A stretch of DNA of 64,000 nucleotides from Antedon mediterranea (GCF_964355755.1 NC_092677.1:17816101-17880100), one strand, 5' to 3'; positions 48,790-63,860 are shown, counted from the first letter of the stretch. Made by a program: numbers and translations. The notes: generated by a model from the sequence alone, not told the origin.

Positions 48790-51700
48790 AATAAAACCAT
48801 TTTCAATCATTCATGTATTAATTAATAATATTTATTTCACAAACTACCTGTTCTAAAGATTATCGTAATTCGGATACTTATCTATAAGTTGAGTGAATGA
48901 TACTGATCTTAATAGAACAAATTGTTTGTGGCTATTTAGTCTCACAATCTTATGTATGTCTATTGAGGCATTTACTCGGCCTGATATTACAATGCCAAAT
49001 CAATAATATTTAAAATTATCTTACCGTGCGCCCTCAACGTGCAGGAGTAGTTAATCCGATAGTCTTTGCATCGATCTGTTGCATCTTTTTAAGTTACGCA
49101 TTAGTGACATGTTTACAGGCAATAGAACGCGTTTCATGAATATTTAATTAAACGAATACATTCTTCCTAAAGTAATTGAACATGGAATGTACAAGGTAGC
49201 ATCTTCAAACTATGATAATCGATGATGCAATTATAATTTACCAAACAAAAACATCAAGTTGTTTACTTGATCGTCTGACTTTTGTAATAGTGTCACGCAT
49301 GCGTCGTTACTCAATTATGGTATCATTATTCATACGCACTTATATATTTGATATTCACTTTGACCATGGTGGTATAAAATAACCAAGCTCATACGCAAGA
49401 GCACAAATCTTTTAATAATACAATACAAATAGATAACTTTGAATCATCATAGCTTACTAATTGTATTATTTTTAGTTAAATTAGTTGCTGATATTATTTC
49501 TGAGAATTATCTATAACATTGTCCTTATTTACTGACAGTTGAGTTATATGCTTTTTATAGAGCCGAGTAGAAAATAGTTTCTTGTATAAATTTCAGCTAC
49601 AGTATTCAATGTATTACTTTTATCTTGTTGATGATAAATATAATCTAACAAGAATTACGTCCCCTTCTTGTAAATGGGAAAAGTGCAAATGTATAGTTAA
49701 AATAAGTTCAGAATATCAAATTTTATTTGACAAAATATGATAAGCCTATATATGGACATAATGAAATCATTGTTATGACCATACATGGATACATCATGAT
49801 TATTTATAAGAGTTCACGGGTCAAGTAAAATTTGTCAATGTGAACAGAACTTTATACGCCGTTCTTTAATGTTTAAAAAAACGATAGTTGAGGTCATTGA
49901 ACGCGTTTGAACTGCGTCAGTGTTTCCTCTAAATGTGTATTGTGGTCAAAACTTTTGAATTTTTTCTTTTATTGAAAGTTGTATATAATAGTGAAGAATA
50001 AAGTATTATTACCTCAGAGGTGAATAGTTTGGTTCAGTGGCATTGTTATAGTGTACTTACTACATGTATTGTGTATATTATTTGGTAGCTACTGTTTGCT
50101 GAATTTTCACAAAGGCTTGGTGTGACCGACTTCCACGGGCACATCTGGGTCTTCATCGTCCTCTCCTGGGAGAAGGGTTTTCTTTAATGGATATATACGG
50201 TATCAATCACTCATAGAATCATGTTGTTTGTTCTTTTGCCAATAATACTGACAAGCTTTTAACTGTTAATTATTAAAGGCGAGAAGAAGACAAAATAAAA
50301 CATAGGTTGTAGGTGTACGTTGAAGAAGCAGATGCAGAATTCCCAGCCTAACACTAACAGTATAAAGATACCTAATGCATAGTCCATTGACAACTTTAAT
50401 GCGGTGTTATGGTAGCCAATCTAGATTGTGATTAATTATTGACGGTTACAGCAGCACCAGGACAAACCGGCAAATGTTAAGAAAACTTAGTTGGATGATT
50501 AACTAGGTACGGTAACTGGTAGGCCAGTTACAATTTAAAGGTAATACTGTTCCTGTTGTGGTTTGTTCCTACAGGTTGGAACTGGCACATGGCCCCCCTG
50601 GCAGTGCTAATTCATGTAAAACTTGTTGTTGCTGATACGATATTCAATTTACACGACCACTGCTTACATCATTGATGATGTTTTAGCAAGCGAGGGAGCA
50701 GTTTCACTCAAGACACACTATTTCATTGTATATTTCCTTTATTGTGAGCCCTCTTTATTCTAAAATAAAATAAATCATGATAGATGGCAATAGAAGGGCA
50801 ATTCAAAACTAAATTGATTCACGTCCGTGATTTAAACATTTTTTTTTCATTTTAATTTATTTTGTTCAAATATCATAATATAGAAAAGTACGAGAACATT
50901 TCATTACAAATATCAGTTGGACACAATAACTTTTACAAATTAATTTTTAAATGACACGGGATACAGTAAGTATTTTAAAAAAAAATCTATAAAATCAAAA
51001 CAAATAATGCTGATTTAGTTAAAAAATTAAGATTTAGATTGGGATAAAGCTTTTACTGCTAATGTACCAAAATACAGTTTACAGACTGGAAAATTAAATG
51101 ATTACCGTATTACATTATTTGATGAGGAGCAAGTTTTGCTAATGTGATGTACCAACAGAATGGTCATTTAAACGTCCAGTTTACACACGTCGGAACGTCG
51201 GAACGAGATTTTTTTTGGAACAAGAAGGTAATTATTATTTTTTTATCACATGATGATGTTGATTGTTTTTTTTTATTAATAAAAACCGTCAATCATATTT
51301 GAGAGCCAGGTCTTTTGTTGACAGTGAATATTGCACGATTTGACTCAAGATAAAATAAAAGCTTAACCGTAAGCTCCTAGCTTGGAAGTTTCCGAGCCAG
51401 TTTGGGTTAAATCGTATGACTCAATGAACAATTTGATTTCTGACGGTAACTGAAAGTCCTCAGTTAATTATAATATAAGATAATATTTATTGGTCCATCA
51501 TAAAACAAGTTAGAAATTTATTTTCCAAACGGCGTACCATACAAACAAACTTACAAACATATAGGCCTAAAACATATAATACTGACAATAGGTAACTAGA
51601 CTATTGTATAATTATTCATTATGTATATTATGTGACGAATAATTGTATTTCATTTTTCTAACATTCTCTTCATGCAGAATAAGAATTAAGGTAAGAGAAG

Positions 51701-52937
51701 TGCCGTATTAACAAAAACATTGTAGACTATTTCGTTTGCATCCAACAGTGTAAACATCAAGTGCAGTACAATACAACGAATAAACAGAAGAATGGGAAAA
51801 AAATTATGTACAATATAGGCAAAAGAAAAAATTGAAATATTTATAGGGACTAGACGAATAAAGATATTAGATAGCTTATTTCTATGTTCTGGAAACTATT
51901 AAGGCGTCACATCACGTACATTGTATTATTATGTATATTATACAAATTATTATTATTTAAAAAAAAAATTATAGTATAGGCCAAGGATATTTACGCAGGA
52001 AAAATTATGATTTAATTTATTGTTATTTCCTTCCATTTTATGTTCCACGCTTGGTAATTAAAGTTCATTTGATAAAAACGTTAAGGAAAAGTTGTATTCT
52101 TTGTTATAACGAAGGATTACGGGTACTTACCACATGTATATTTGATATTTTGTTTAAATCTATAACTTTTCGTTTGATAGTGGCGCTGTTTAGGATGCAG
52201 AACTCAAATGTGACATAGGCAGGATTTGAACATTTATTTTTACAATAAAATGATGTCGTAACATTTTTTTTACAACATAGGCTAATGTATGTCATAGGTT
52301 CACTGAGCTAATCCCCATTTGACTTAGACTGCATGGTAAAACCAACATAGGAAATAGACTGAGAACTTCTAAATCCTTAAAAAATGATGTGCCATGCGAA
52401 TTAAGATATCAAAATATTGGTACTATTGGAAAACCAACTTCAATAAGGTCATATTATAATTAAGGTGTCAAGATGACGCAGTGATACATATCCTACGATT
52501 TAACGGTTTTATCCTGTCAATCATAAAGAGATTGCCTATAACAACACATACCTGGTATAAAGTGACTCATATTTACTAAAGATGTTCATTTATTTAAAGT
52601 CACTTCTATTGGTATTATGTTATTAAATTTGACATAACTTGTTGGCTTAGACATTGAGAAACAACAAGGATACAAGTTAAGCCGTGTTTTATTCACTTGC
52701 AGAACAAAGGAGAACGAAACGGTTATATAATTTAGAAGTAACCAAGGGACGAGCCGAGGTATGGACAAACACGTTTTGCACTTGTTAGGATAAGCAACGG
52801 ATAAGCAGTCTTGTCGCCGCCTCGGAGGTCACGTTTGACATGCGTTGAATTTAGGCCTAGTAACCTTTCAGTTCAGATTCTATTTTATCTACGATTCGAC
52901 AAACGTAAACGTACGCCCATCACGGGGCCCATCATCA

Positions 52938-53030
52938 ACTGCACGCCCTTTTTGTTGGTTGTCAAGGAGGTAGTCTTCGTTGAAACACTGCACGCCCTTT
53001 TTGGTTGTCAAGGAGGTAGCCTTCGTTGAA
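52938..53030 (+). repeat. Tandem duplication, about 45-49 bp
   Basis: actgcacgccctttt..ggttgtcaaggaggtag(t/c)cttcgttgaa occurs twice. Confidence 0.88.
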
Positions 53031-56000
53031 TTGGAATGACATTTACATTCTTTGAAAATCTTCAATGTTCTAATTAACTCAGCCTTGAGTAGAACAGTAA
53101 ATTAACACTAAGTAGGCTCTATCCCATTAAATTCATAAAAAATTACAATATAATATAAAATAATTAAACTTTAATTAATTCGCCTATTCCATATTGTATG
53201 GAGTGTGAAAGCCTCGGCCATGATAAAGGCGGTGCTCAGATTTTGAGAACAGTTACATTTTCAGCATTATTTAGATTAAGATTCATTTTATTTGTCATAT
53301 TTTTGTCACATCTAAAAACTTAAGACGAGACAAAATATAAAAAAGTTATCAAAAATTACATCAACAACTAACTGTGTTTCAAGTTAAAAAAAATACACAA
53401 TTACTTTCTGAATGTTGATTATTAATTAATTGTTAAAATGCAAGAGATAACCAAATGAACATGATAGGCAACATATGAGTACAAATCAAAACGAACTTCT
53501 ATTCCTTACAAACTAAATATACTAATATAGTCACACCTAGTTTTACTTTTTGTGAAAGGAAATAATATCCATTAAAAATGGCTAAAACTTATTACAAATG
53601 TTGTTTGCTATGCTTTTGATATACATTACAAAGAACAATTGACAACATGTTTGTAGTCACCATTAAACTGTTGAAAAATAATACGCTGATTGTACAATAG
53701 CATTTTATTATGCATACGCCATTTATTTTATCTTGGTCCATTCGAGAAACAAAACCGATACAATTGATTTAAATTTAATTTTAAGTTGACTATGAGTTTG
53801 CTTTAAATTCCAGTTTTAATCGTAGGCCTAAACAAATCTGTAAAAAACTTTATCTGTAAATAAATGAGCGGCATGTGAGTGGATTCCGACTCTATTGTCG
53901 AGAGAGCATCTCAGTGATTTTTTTCTCTTTTGTGGCAAAACTAATACTTTTTTCATCAATCATCATTAAAAAAAATTGCATTATTAACATTTTATGTAAA
54001 TAAAAAATCCACATTTATTATTTTCATTGATAAAAAGTCTATGAAAGAATTCGAAGTTCCACTATTTAACCTTTTTAAAATGTATTCATTTTATGCATAG
54101 AAAACCCTATTCCATCAGACTATTGAATGTATAAATAATTAGTCACTAATCGTATTATGACTGTTTACTATTATGATGTTTTTATATTTTAAAGTACTGT
54201 AAAATGTTTTATATAGGCCTAATATAGTGTTCTTAAATATTTTAATATTTTTAAACTTTTAAACGTTATACTGTGAAATACAATCGACATATTTTCCCAT
54301 TGAACAAAATGAAGTGATTTTTTGATTTGATATGATCACATATCTAATGGTGGGAATGAGTAGTAGGCGAATATTGATACCTGTTTCTTCAAAGGAGAAT
54401 GTTTAAGAACCAACAACTATCCAAAAAACAACTTAATTTAATGTATAAAATAACTAGAATCCAACATTGCCCCCTCACAAGAATTTATGTCAATCAGTGT
54501 ATCCTCTCCTCTACGATATTACCGATCTAGGTCTAGGACGTCCAGGGATCTTAAAAGGTCAAGAGTTATTAAATATAATATTAAGATAAGTGACACCTGG
54601 GATGACATGAGAGTCAGTCATACAACGCATGCATGTGCATTTAGACGCTTTTCAATGTGATTTCCATGCACGTGTCAGTCAATGGGAAATAAGTAATAGG
54701 CCTACATTGGCTAGATTGAGTGGCACATGGGACTACAAATGATGTCCATCATCTGGGAGATAATTTCAATTGATAATAAAACGTTATTAAAATTAGATGA
54801 TGAATGAGACCTAAATTTCCACAATTCATTCTCCAAGAAACTTAAAAAATCACATTTTGTCACTTCTTGGCCTTGGTTCCATGTTCTGTGACTTGTTACT
54901 TGACGTCATGTACATTTTGATCTTTTAATGCTCAACTGTAAATTTTCAGCTCATTATTATTAATTTTATTATAATTATCGTAATCTAGAGGTTTAGTTGA
55001 TTATTATTGTTTTTTTATTATTTGCCTGTTGGATGAACATAACTATCTTTTGAATTGTTCTCAACATTTAATTTTTAAACACATTCTTCATAGCTGTCGA
55101 CCTTTTAATTGTTGTATAGACTGATATTTCGTTTGCTGAACCTATTGCTACGTTTGTATGTGGTAGGCTATGGCGGTACTCTACTGGAAGATGCTTAACA
55201 TTAATAATTATAGTTATTATTATTAAACGGATTTTCATATAAATCGAGTCATTTTGATATACGGTATGTAACTACCCTGATACGGTAAATAAACGCTCTA
55301 AATATATTTTGGTTCGATTTTCCCATTCTAAAGAACGATGATAAATAGAAAAACAAAAAGGTGAAAGAAAACTAAAGAAATTAGAAAAGTTTTTATGCAC
55401 GATAATAATTTATGCTGTCTTTGATGAAAAATAATATTTTAAAAAGCCAATGAAATAAAATTATCGTCACGATATTGCCCTTACTAGTCATGATTCCATA
55501 ATGAATGGACTTGTAAAAGTATTAATTTCATCAAAGATAAATTGTTGTTCTATTATAATTCTAGGATAAACACGTTTTTGATTTAGTTTGTTTTCTGTAG
55601 GAAAAATGCATATTTATCTATTTATTGCCGACTGTTATCGTTCGTAGGGCATATACCATCAATTGTCAAGTTATGGAACAAAAAAAAATCTTCTAAATAT
55701 CCTGACTATTCTTTGCATGCGATTTACGAAACGCATGAGAATAAAAGCCAACTCATTTTGGTAGAATTGGTATTAGTTGGATATTGACGAAAATAACTAA
55801 ATTAAGGAACGAGCTACCTTTTTCGCTTACGTATAGCTTGTACATAACACTGTAACCAAAAGGTCTGCAAATCAACTTCACATTCAACGAAAGTGTAATA
55901 CATATATATACATACATACATACATCAAGTGATAAAAAATAAACGTCATTACGATTAATCCTAATTGTGTATTGTATGTAATATAGTGTTTTACTTGTTC

Positions 56001-57639
56001 CTTTAACATATCTGACAACATAAACATATCATTGACAAAAGTTGATAAGATTTAGTTAAAAGAAACTTGCATAATAAATAGTATAATTAAGAAATATGTT
56101 GAAATAATACATTATATAGGCATATAACTTTACCCCTTTTCACTTTCACATCACTTATTTCTTACTTAAAAGAATATTAGGAAATTTCCAGAAATTATTG
56201 AGCAAATAAAATCAATGGAGACTGGAATAGATTTGAATACAGGTCTAGAAAGTGTAGCTCTAAAACAAAAGAAAAAATAATAATAATAAATAAATAGATA
56301 AATAAAAATTAACTAAAAATATTTATTTTGGAATGATTTAGGCCTACCGGTTCTTATAAGGTACCTTTTATTCTTTTGGTTGGTAGTTCAATGGTCGACT
56401 TGCTCTATTAAGCAACAACGTGATCTGGATGATTGGCTTCTATGACTGATTACAGATTAGCGATATATTACAAATTGTCTACTGATCCAGTAGATAAGGC
56501 AATAATGTATCTTGTGCCGAATATAATGAATAAAATAACACAGCCGACCCCTCGATACCCGTGCGATACAATTGTTTAAAATGAATGATTGATTCGTCAA
56601 CTTGTTAGAATGGGAATCGCTTTTACATGACTGTTATAAAAGAATAGCACACTAGCCTGTTTTTTTAATACAATGCAGCAATTGTCTGTGAACGCATACG
56701 TCTGCTATATAAAAAATGATAAGATAGAAGATCGGAGCCGACCTCAAGTGGCATCATAAACCTGGTTACTGAACTTATACCTTCATATTCAACCCAGTAA
56801 ATCTATTCACTTTTCAACAATCTAATAAAATAAATCATTAAATTTCAGGTAATCCCACCATTCAATTTCTTGTTTTCTTATTCTTATAGTTAATTTTGCT
56901 CAACAATAACTATTTGTAATTACTGTGGTATGGCATGCTAAAAGTTTACATCGACCCCATTTAAATATTTGTTGGCGGCGTGTAAGATCCCTTTGAACAC
57001 CGAAATTATTTCATTTATATTGTACTTAGAGCCTATTAAAAGGGTTTATACACGTGTTCTGTTATGAAGTTCAATTATGAAATATCAATAAGAGGCAATA
57101 CTTTACACCCCATTTTCTATAGAATAGTAAAACTCGTTAAAAAGAGTTACAAAACTCATAAAGTCGGTTGACTACAGGATTACGTGATAATAAAAACACA
57201 AATAAAAACTTTATTTCATCATGTTATCTAAACAATTCGGCATTATACAGGCCTAATAAAATAATGCAAGTCTATACTGTATACTATAATCTACAATTTA
57301 AAGCCCTTTAATTATTTTAGAGGTGAAATGTTAATCGCAGTTTGTGTAGCCGACCTAATTTTATGAATCCAGGACCTTAAATTTTGCTACGGTGTAATAC
57401 GATGTACGGTATACAATAGTCTAACCTGGACTAAACTACAGTACTCAATCGGTCATTATGAAACACCAATTCAATTAAATGCTATTTATTTGGTCAAAAA
57501 CACATAGTCACGGCTTAAAATTTGTCTTGCTGATCACAAATAACCATAAAAAGAACAACAATGCTAAACAACATCGATAGAAACTTGTTTTCTCTCTGAT
57601 ACTTCAAGTTCCAGTCTACTGTATACACCAAAAAAACGT

Positions 57640-58110
57640 ATGAACTCTCTGAAACTTTAACTTCTCTCTGAAACTGAAAGTTTGAGTCAACTATAACTGT
57701 ACATTAAAACTTTTTCAACGCTATGCTTTAAATTTGAGTCAACTACATAGAAGCTTGTGTTCTCTTTGAAACTCCAATTTGAGTCAACAGTTATACACTA
57801 TGTAAATTGTGATTCCATGGAACTTCTCTATGAAAATCCAAATTTGAATCAAATGTATATAGGTATACACACTGTGAAATTTTTGAACGCCCTGCTCCAA
57901 GTTTGAGTCAACAGAATAGAAGCCTGTGTTCCACTGATACTATTGAAGTTGTGAACTCTCGCAGAACCTTTGTTTGAGTAAACTGTATTAGGCCTACTAT
58001 CAACATTGTGGACACGCTGAAACTCCAAGTTTGAGTCAAGTGCATACACTATGGAAATTGTGACCTCATGGAATTTCTCTCCAAAACTCAATGTTTGAAT
58101 CAACAGGTAT
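57640..58110 (+). repeat. Degenerate minisatellite (about 45-70 bp units) carrying TGAGTCA
   Basis: gaaactccaa(g)tttgagtcaac motif recurs about 8 times. Confidence 0.75.
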
Positions 58111-61100
58111 ACACTTGCAAACAAAAACAAGAAAGTAACACCCATTGCATAATATAAGCATAAACAGATCTGGTAAACTGGTTGTAGAAAAAACCACAAC
58201 AAACAGACATATATTATTTTCTTTCAACTGTAGTACGAATAGAAGACCGTTTTAGAAGTTAATCTGGATTTCAAATATTGTATTTACAATGTTTTTATTT
58301 TAAACTTTAAACACACATTTTAACCATATTTGTTAAAGTTCATGTATTTTAAATAACTTGTTAACTTTGTCAAATATCTGTAACCTAACCCTTAGTCTAA
58401 CCTTACATTTTACAGATACCACATGTGATACAAATGAGATGCTGTGTTACAACATATTCCTATGATACTGTGCAATTGTGGAGATACAGCACTGGGAAAC
58501 GATTATGTATTTCAGGTCATCATTCCACCAATCAATAACATTCTTATAGACGGAGTTAGATGATTCATTAATTGACATATAGAATTAATGGAGAAGGATT
58601 TAGATATGCCTATATACACATGATATTCGTTTACAGATGGTATTTGATAAAACATTATTTTGTTTTATTAACAATCCATCCATAGCCCATACACTGATAT
58701 TCGTTTCTTGGACATCACTGCCAACAAAAGTTATCAGTTTAATTTTAGGCTAAAGTCTATTCAGGTATTTTATTTTACATGGAGATATTCTAACTAAATC
58801 CTTTTATTCCTTAGAGCAAAAGCTTCATTTTTAATGTCTGATTTTAGACGGAAGTCGGTTGATATTGAAGGGGAAATCGAGCTTTAAACCGGCTTAGCCC
58901 AAGTCACCGAAACATCTCATTGCAGACTGTCAAACGCACCGTGAAAAGTTGTTTTAAAATCAAACTAATATAATTCCTTAAAACATATGAACAGGTTTTA
59001 TATAATATGCATATGTCAATGTAAATACATCTATTCATGTTTTAACACCACGCCCGAAAGTAATTTAATAAATTGACACTTAACTGGTCAACTATCCAGC
59101 ACGGTCAAATATTATTTTTTTATTTTTTAGGCTTACATTATGGAAAGAAGAAAATATTTTATGTCATTTAATAGTTATAATAATTGTACACCCAACGCAT
59201 TTAAATGATGTTATGTTCGACAAATGATCAAACAAAATGACTATTTATGAAAATTCAACTTTTTAAAACCAACTCGGAAGCAACGCATTGACAGTCATGT
59301 TAAACATTCTTGTTTTTACTCTACTAAAACACCACATAGTTGTGTTTATCTGTACTAATAATGTATTATGTGAACAAATATTAATATAATATTTAAAAAA
59401 AACAACTAACTAAAATGTAATTTTTAATAGAATTAGTTTTGTTACGATACAGCCAAATATGTCTGCAAGTGGATAGAAACTTAATGTTCGTATGTAAAAT
59501 AATAAAGTAATGTTCCCATGGCACTAAAAAAAAATCTTGAAAACAAAACATTGTATAAACCATATATAGGCTACATTATGAGTAGATTCACGAAAATTCC
59601 AATTTGTTGAAAAAAGTGATAGATATTTTCTATCGGATCATCATAATGAAACATCAGAAATGACATATATATATATGAATATATAGGCCTATAATACACA
59701 AATAACATACACCTAATAATACAAAAATATAGGGCTATACACTGATGACGTAAATAACTAAATAAGTTTAAATCACTATTTATACATCCATTGCATTATT
59801 TACAAATTAATATCAAGAAATTAATTAAAAATGTATTATTTAAATATAGCAATGTATTACTATTAATTTTATTATTACACTATTACATTTAAATTATTTA
59901 GGCCCCTATTCAAGTATATTTATTTAAAAATTGTTGGTATAATTTTAATATTTTATTTTATTTTATTTTATTTTATATTAATAATACTAATTAATAATAT
60001 AAATATGTATTGTTACATATTGTAGGCCTACAATTATTTGTTCATTGTTAAGGAGGGTATTTACTGAATATATACAATGCTTTCTACTAGTAATGGAATA
60101 CAGCAGACCATAAAAACCATCAAAGTTTCCTTTCGTTGTCCCTTGGTTGTAGTGTAAAAAACATATATATTGCCCTTTGTTTTTTCATTAGAAAATATCC
60201 CCTGAATAAAAAAAAAGTAAATAAACTACTTTTGCATGTTTCATGAATAATGTATACACTCATATCCAAACCATATTTTCTCTATTATTGATATATTTCA
60301 ATTATATGAATAAATAGTAATTTTTGCATAATATTTAGCGCGGTTTGTGTGTTTTAGTGTAATAACGTATGGTTAGGTTCTTCAGAATTATGTTTATTGT
60401 TACTTAATATGTAAAAAGTAATGAAGAAGGTAAAATAGAATTTACAATATACTGGTACATTATAGCAAAACAATAATAAGCCTACACTATCTAATAATTA
60501 AAATCTTTAGACACAGTTCGGCGTTTCATTTCGTTGAACGTATGGTCGTAGCGAATCAGCGGATGATACCCGGTAATAAATAATTAATCAATCAATATGA
60601 AATCAAATACAATAGAATCCATATTAAAAGAACACCTTCGGGGCCCAACAAAGTGTCTCCTTAACACGATGTTTCCGCCATTTGAATAGGGGTTGGCGTA
60701 GTGTAAAACATATAAAGCCCTCGTTTGTTTTTATTATAAATGTATCCTCGATAGGGGTGTTCTATCGACATTGCCCAGACTGTTTGCTTGGGTAAAACAC
60801 GGCGTACTGTGACTCTCCACTCAACTCCTCCTTCAGCCTAATTCCTTCATGAATTCTAGCCTAATGAAACTCGAGCGTTCTAAAATGCAAGAAACTCGAG
60901 CGTACCATACAAACAAGTTGGCACGATATTATCTTTAGAACGTGTAACAACTTTGGTTCTTAAACTCACACTTTAAATGTTTACCTATATCAAGTACATA
61001 TTAAGAACCTCTGTTATAGCAATAATTAAATAAAAGTATAAGGGTCAACGTGACCGTATTTCCATGATGATCACTATAATGGTTTAACTAGATTTTCAAA

Positions 61101-63744
61101 CCATTAAAGAGGTGAACAATAAAAATTTCATGAGATAGAAGATATTATAAAATAAATAAAAGACATTTATAGGCCTGGAATTTTGTTCTGTGTACTTTAA
61201 ACAAATATTATTCTATTTGTTTATTTATAATAATATATTTAAAAAAATAGAATCACTAACAAGATAATCTCATTAAAATATCGATACTAATTTACCGCTT
61301 AATTTCAGCAAGATTTTAAAGAAAATAAGATGACGAATGTCTTTAAAATTACATAAAAAATCAGTCTAAATCTGCTTTTAACTATCGTAATAAAGTTTTC
61401 TCCAACTTCAACAGTAAACATAGATTATATTTACTAAAACTAAAGTCTTTAATAATTAAACCAAAGAAGGTAAGTTAAAGACCAGTTATGGGCATAATGT
61501 ACCATTATGTTTACTACGGAAGTTGAAGAAAGCATGAATATTTATTTACATAATTTTAGACCTAAGGAGAATTTTTAATCTTGAAATAATATTTGTGGTA
61601 TGTGATTGTGAATGTTTTATCTGTCTTGTATTTTATTAAGTTCTCTGAGTACCGTAGCCTTTGTCTTGTTTTAAATGAAATAGTTTTCTTCCATTCAAAA
61701 TTAATGTTTAATTGCTATGGAAAACTTGAACAATAAGTTATTTTTATAATGTCGATTAATCGTTGCAGGATTTTATTGACATTGAGAAATACGAGGTAAA
61801 TTAGGACAAAATATGGTCAAGAAAAAATTATGAATTGTCTTCCATCATTAATTCAGAATTTATGCCAATTAATAAGTGTATAACAGTTAATTCTACCGGT
61901 ACATTTGTAATGATATTTAAAAGCGTAATTCGACGAAAGACATATGAATGCAAGCTTTATTTTAATTATGATCTACCATGCGCCTAAGTGTCTCATTTTA
62001 ATTCTCTTTATTTTTGTTATTTCACTTACAAAAACCAATTTATATTTAATCACAAACTATAGAATAAAAACTAGGTTATTGCTAAACTATACTATACGAA
62101 TTCGCTCAGACTCAAATCTCTTAAACTGAACGAAAAAGATCAAACATTATTTCCTATTGGAATTGCGTTAAAAAAATATACATTGTTGGTCAGGTGAATG
62201 ATATCCGGTTGGTTGGAGAAAGTTGGCTTTTTAGCAGCCATGAGAGAACTTTTTATAATGTTGGGTTTAGGATTTGACACTTTGGATGGAGTGGAAGACG
62301 CGGATTTAGTTCGCATGTGAGCGTGGTTGGCCTAGTATAAGAATAAATAATAATGCTAATATTAATATATTAATACAAATATAAATAAAAATAATATTAT
62401 TTCCATACATTTCACAATTAAAATGTATGGTCCCTTTCTTAATCTTTTCTTGAATTCACGTCCGGCTGTGTAACCCACAAACCTACATTTAATACAAAAT
62501 AAAACGTCGCTAAATAGGAAAATGTCATTCAATTTCACATTATAACAACATTAGTTTTTTATTGTTTTAATGTTATCATGAAATGCAATTCAGCATGGGA
62601 CGCATGCGTCCCTAAATGCTGCTATATTTTATGAATTTTTTTGTAAATTTTTTGTTTTCATTTTTGAATAAAGATATACCAGTCAGTCAATATATACTCA
62701 AGCTTATTGGGTGTAGGCCTATACGACGACCACGCACAAGCTGCTCAAACTCCTTTCAAGAGCGGCTAGGATAATATAAGTTAAGGATCTAGTGATAATA
62801 AAAAAAAAAGTCAACTACACCTGAGAAGAAGGGGAAGTACAACCCCAAATGAACATCCGTCATCCGGTTCTCATTTCCCATAATACTTGTCTGGCAGTAA
62901 ATCATAAGCTATACCTAAGTCTTATATTTTATACCATTCTTCTCTACCATGTGTTTCTATAAATGTGTCTATATAATTTTCAATTTACTTTTTAACTTTC
63001 GTGATCCATGTAGATTTTTGTCTTATTTTTGGTCCTCTTACTTTTCTGGTAAAATTAATTTAGTGGAATTTTTGCAGGGCCTCTTAACATTAAGAGGCCC
63101 ATCGTAGTACTCGGTATTTTTTAATTGCATGGCTCCAATCTGGCAGTATCAGGAAAATTCCGTAAACAGGTTTCAAATGTGCTTCACATGTGATAATGTA
63201 TCACGGAATTAGCCCATGATCCTGCCCACCGTTAGATACAGTACCGGTGCTGAGAATCGACGAAAAACGCAGCACGGTTCAAAATAACACCAGCTAATAC
63301 AAATCAATACAAATATGTTCAAATGATATTATTGTCTTTAATTCAGAATATATTTCAATTAATGTTTGTATAACATTTTCTTCTACCGGTATTATTTGTA
63401 ATGGTATTTAAAATTAATAATGATGCGAAACATACGGCCAAAATATTATCATAGCCATACGACATTGCGGTAACATTTTTAATCATTTTCCAACGAAAAC
63501 AACAGATGCATAACGTAATAAAACTTAATTTCATCTTTGTCTATATTAATTTTTTTTTAAAATGTATGTATATGGCACGGACCATCAATATATGATACAA
63601 TATTTAAATAATCCACAAATGTAGTTATTTATAGAAAAAATAGTTATACTGGTATCAAATTTATAATTGTCTTTTAACAATAAAGAATATAATTTGTTTA
63701 CAATTTTTATAGAGGATAACTGGTGCAGCGTATTTGGAACAAGT

Positions 63745-63860
63745 AGTAGAACCCCCTCCTTTGGGAAACCCCATATAAGGAGACACTTCCCGCGAAACGA
63801 GGGGTAATAGATGTTTTAACATTACCACCACCCCTTACTTAAGAGACGCACCTACGAACT
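63745..63860. mobile_element. Possible Tc1/mariner-type MITE fragment
   Basis: agtagaacccc start and repeated taag(g)agac(a/g)c motifs; no partner TIR in the window. Confidence 0.3.

Noticed and set aside
50324-50337. 14-nt match (agaagcagatgcag) to Irx exon 5
   Set aside because: Too short, and the flanks do not align; consistent with chance.
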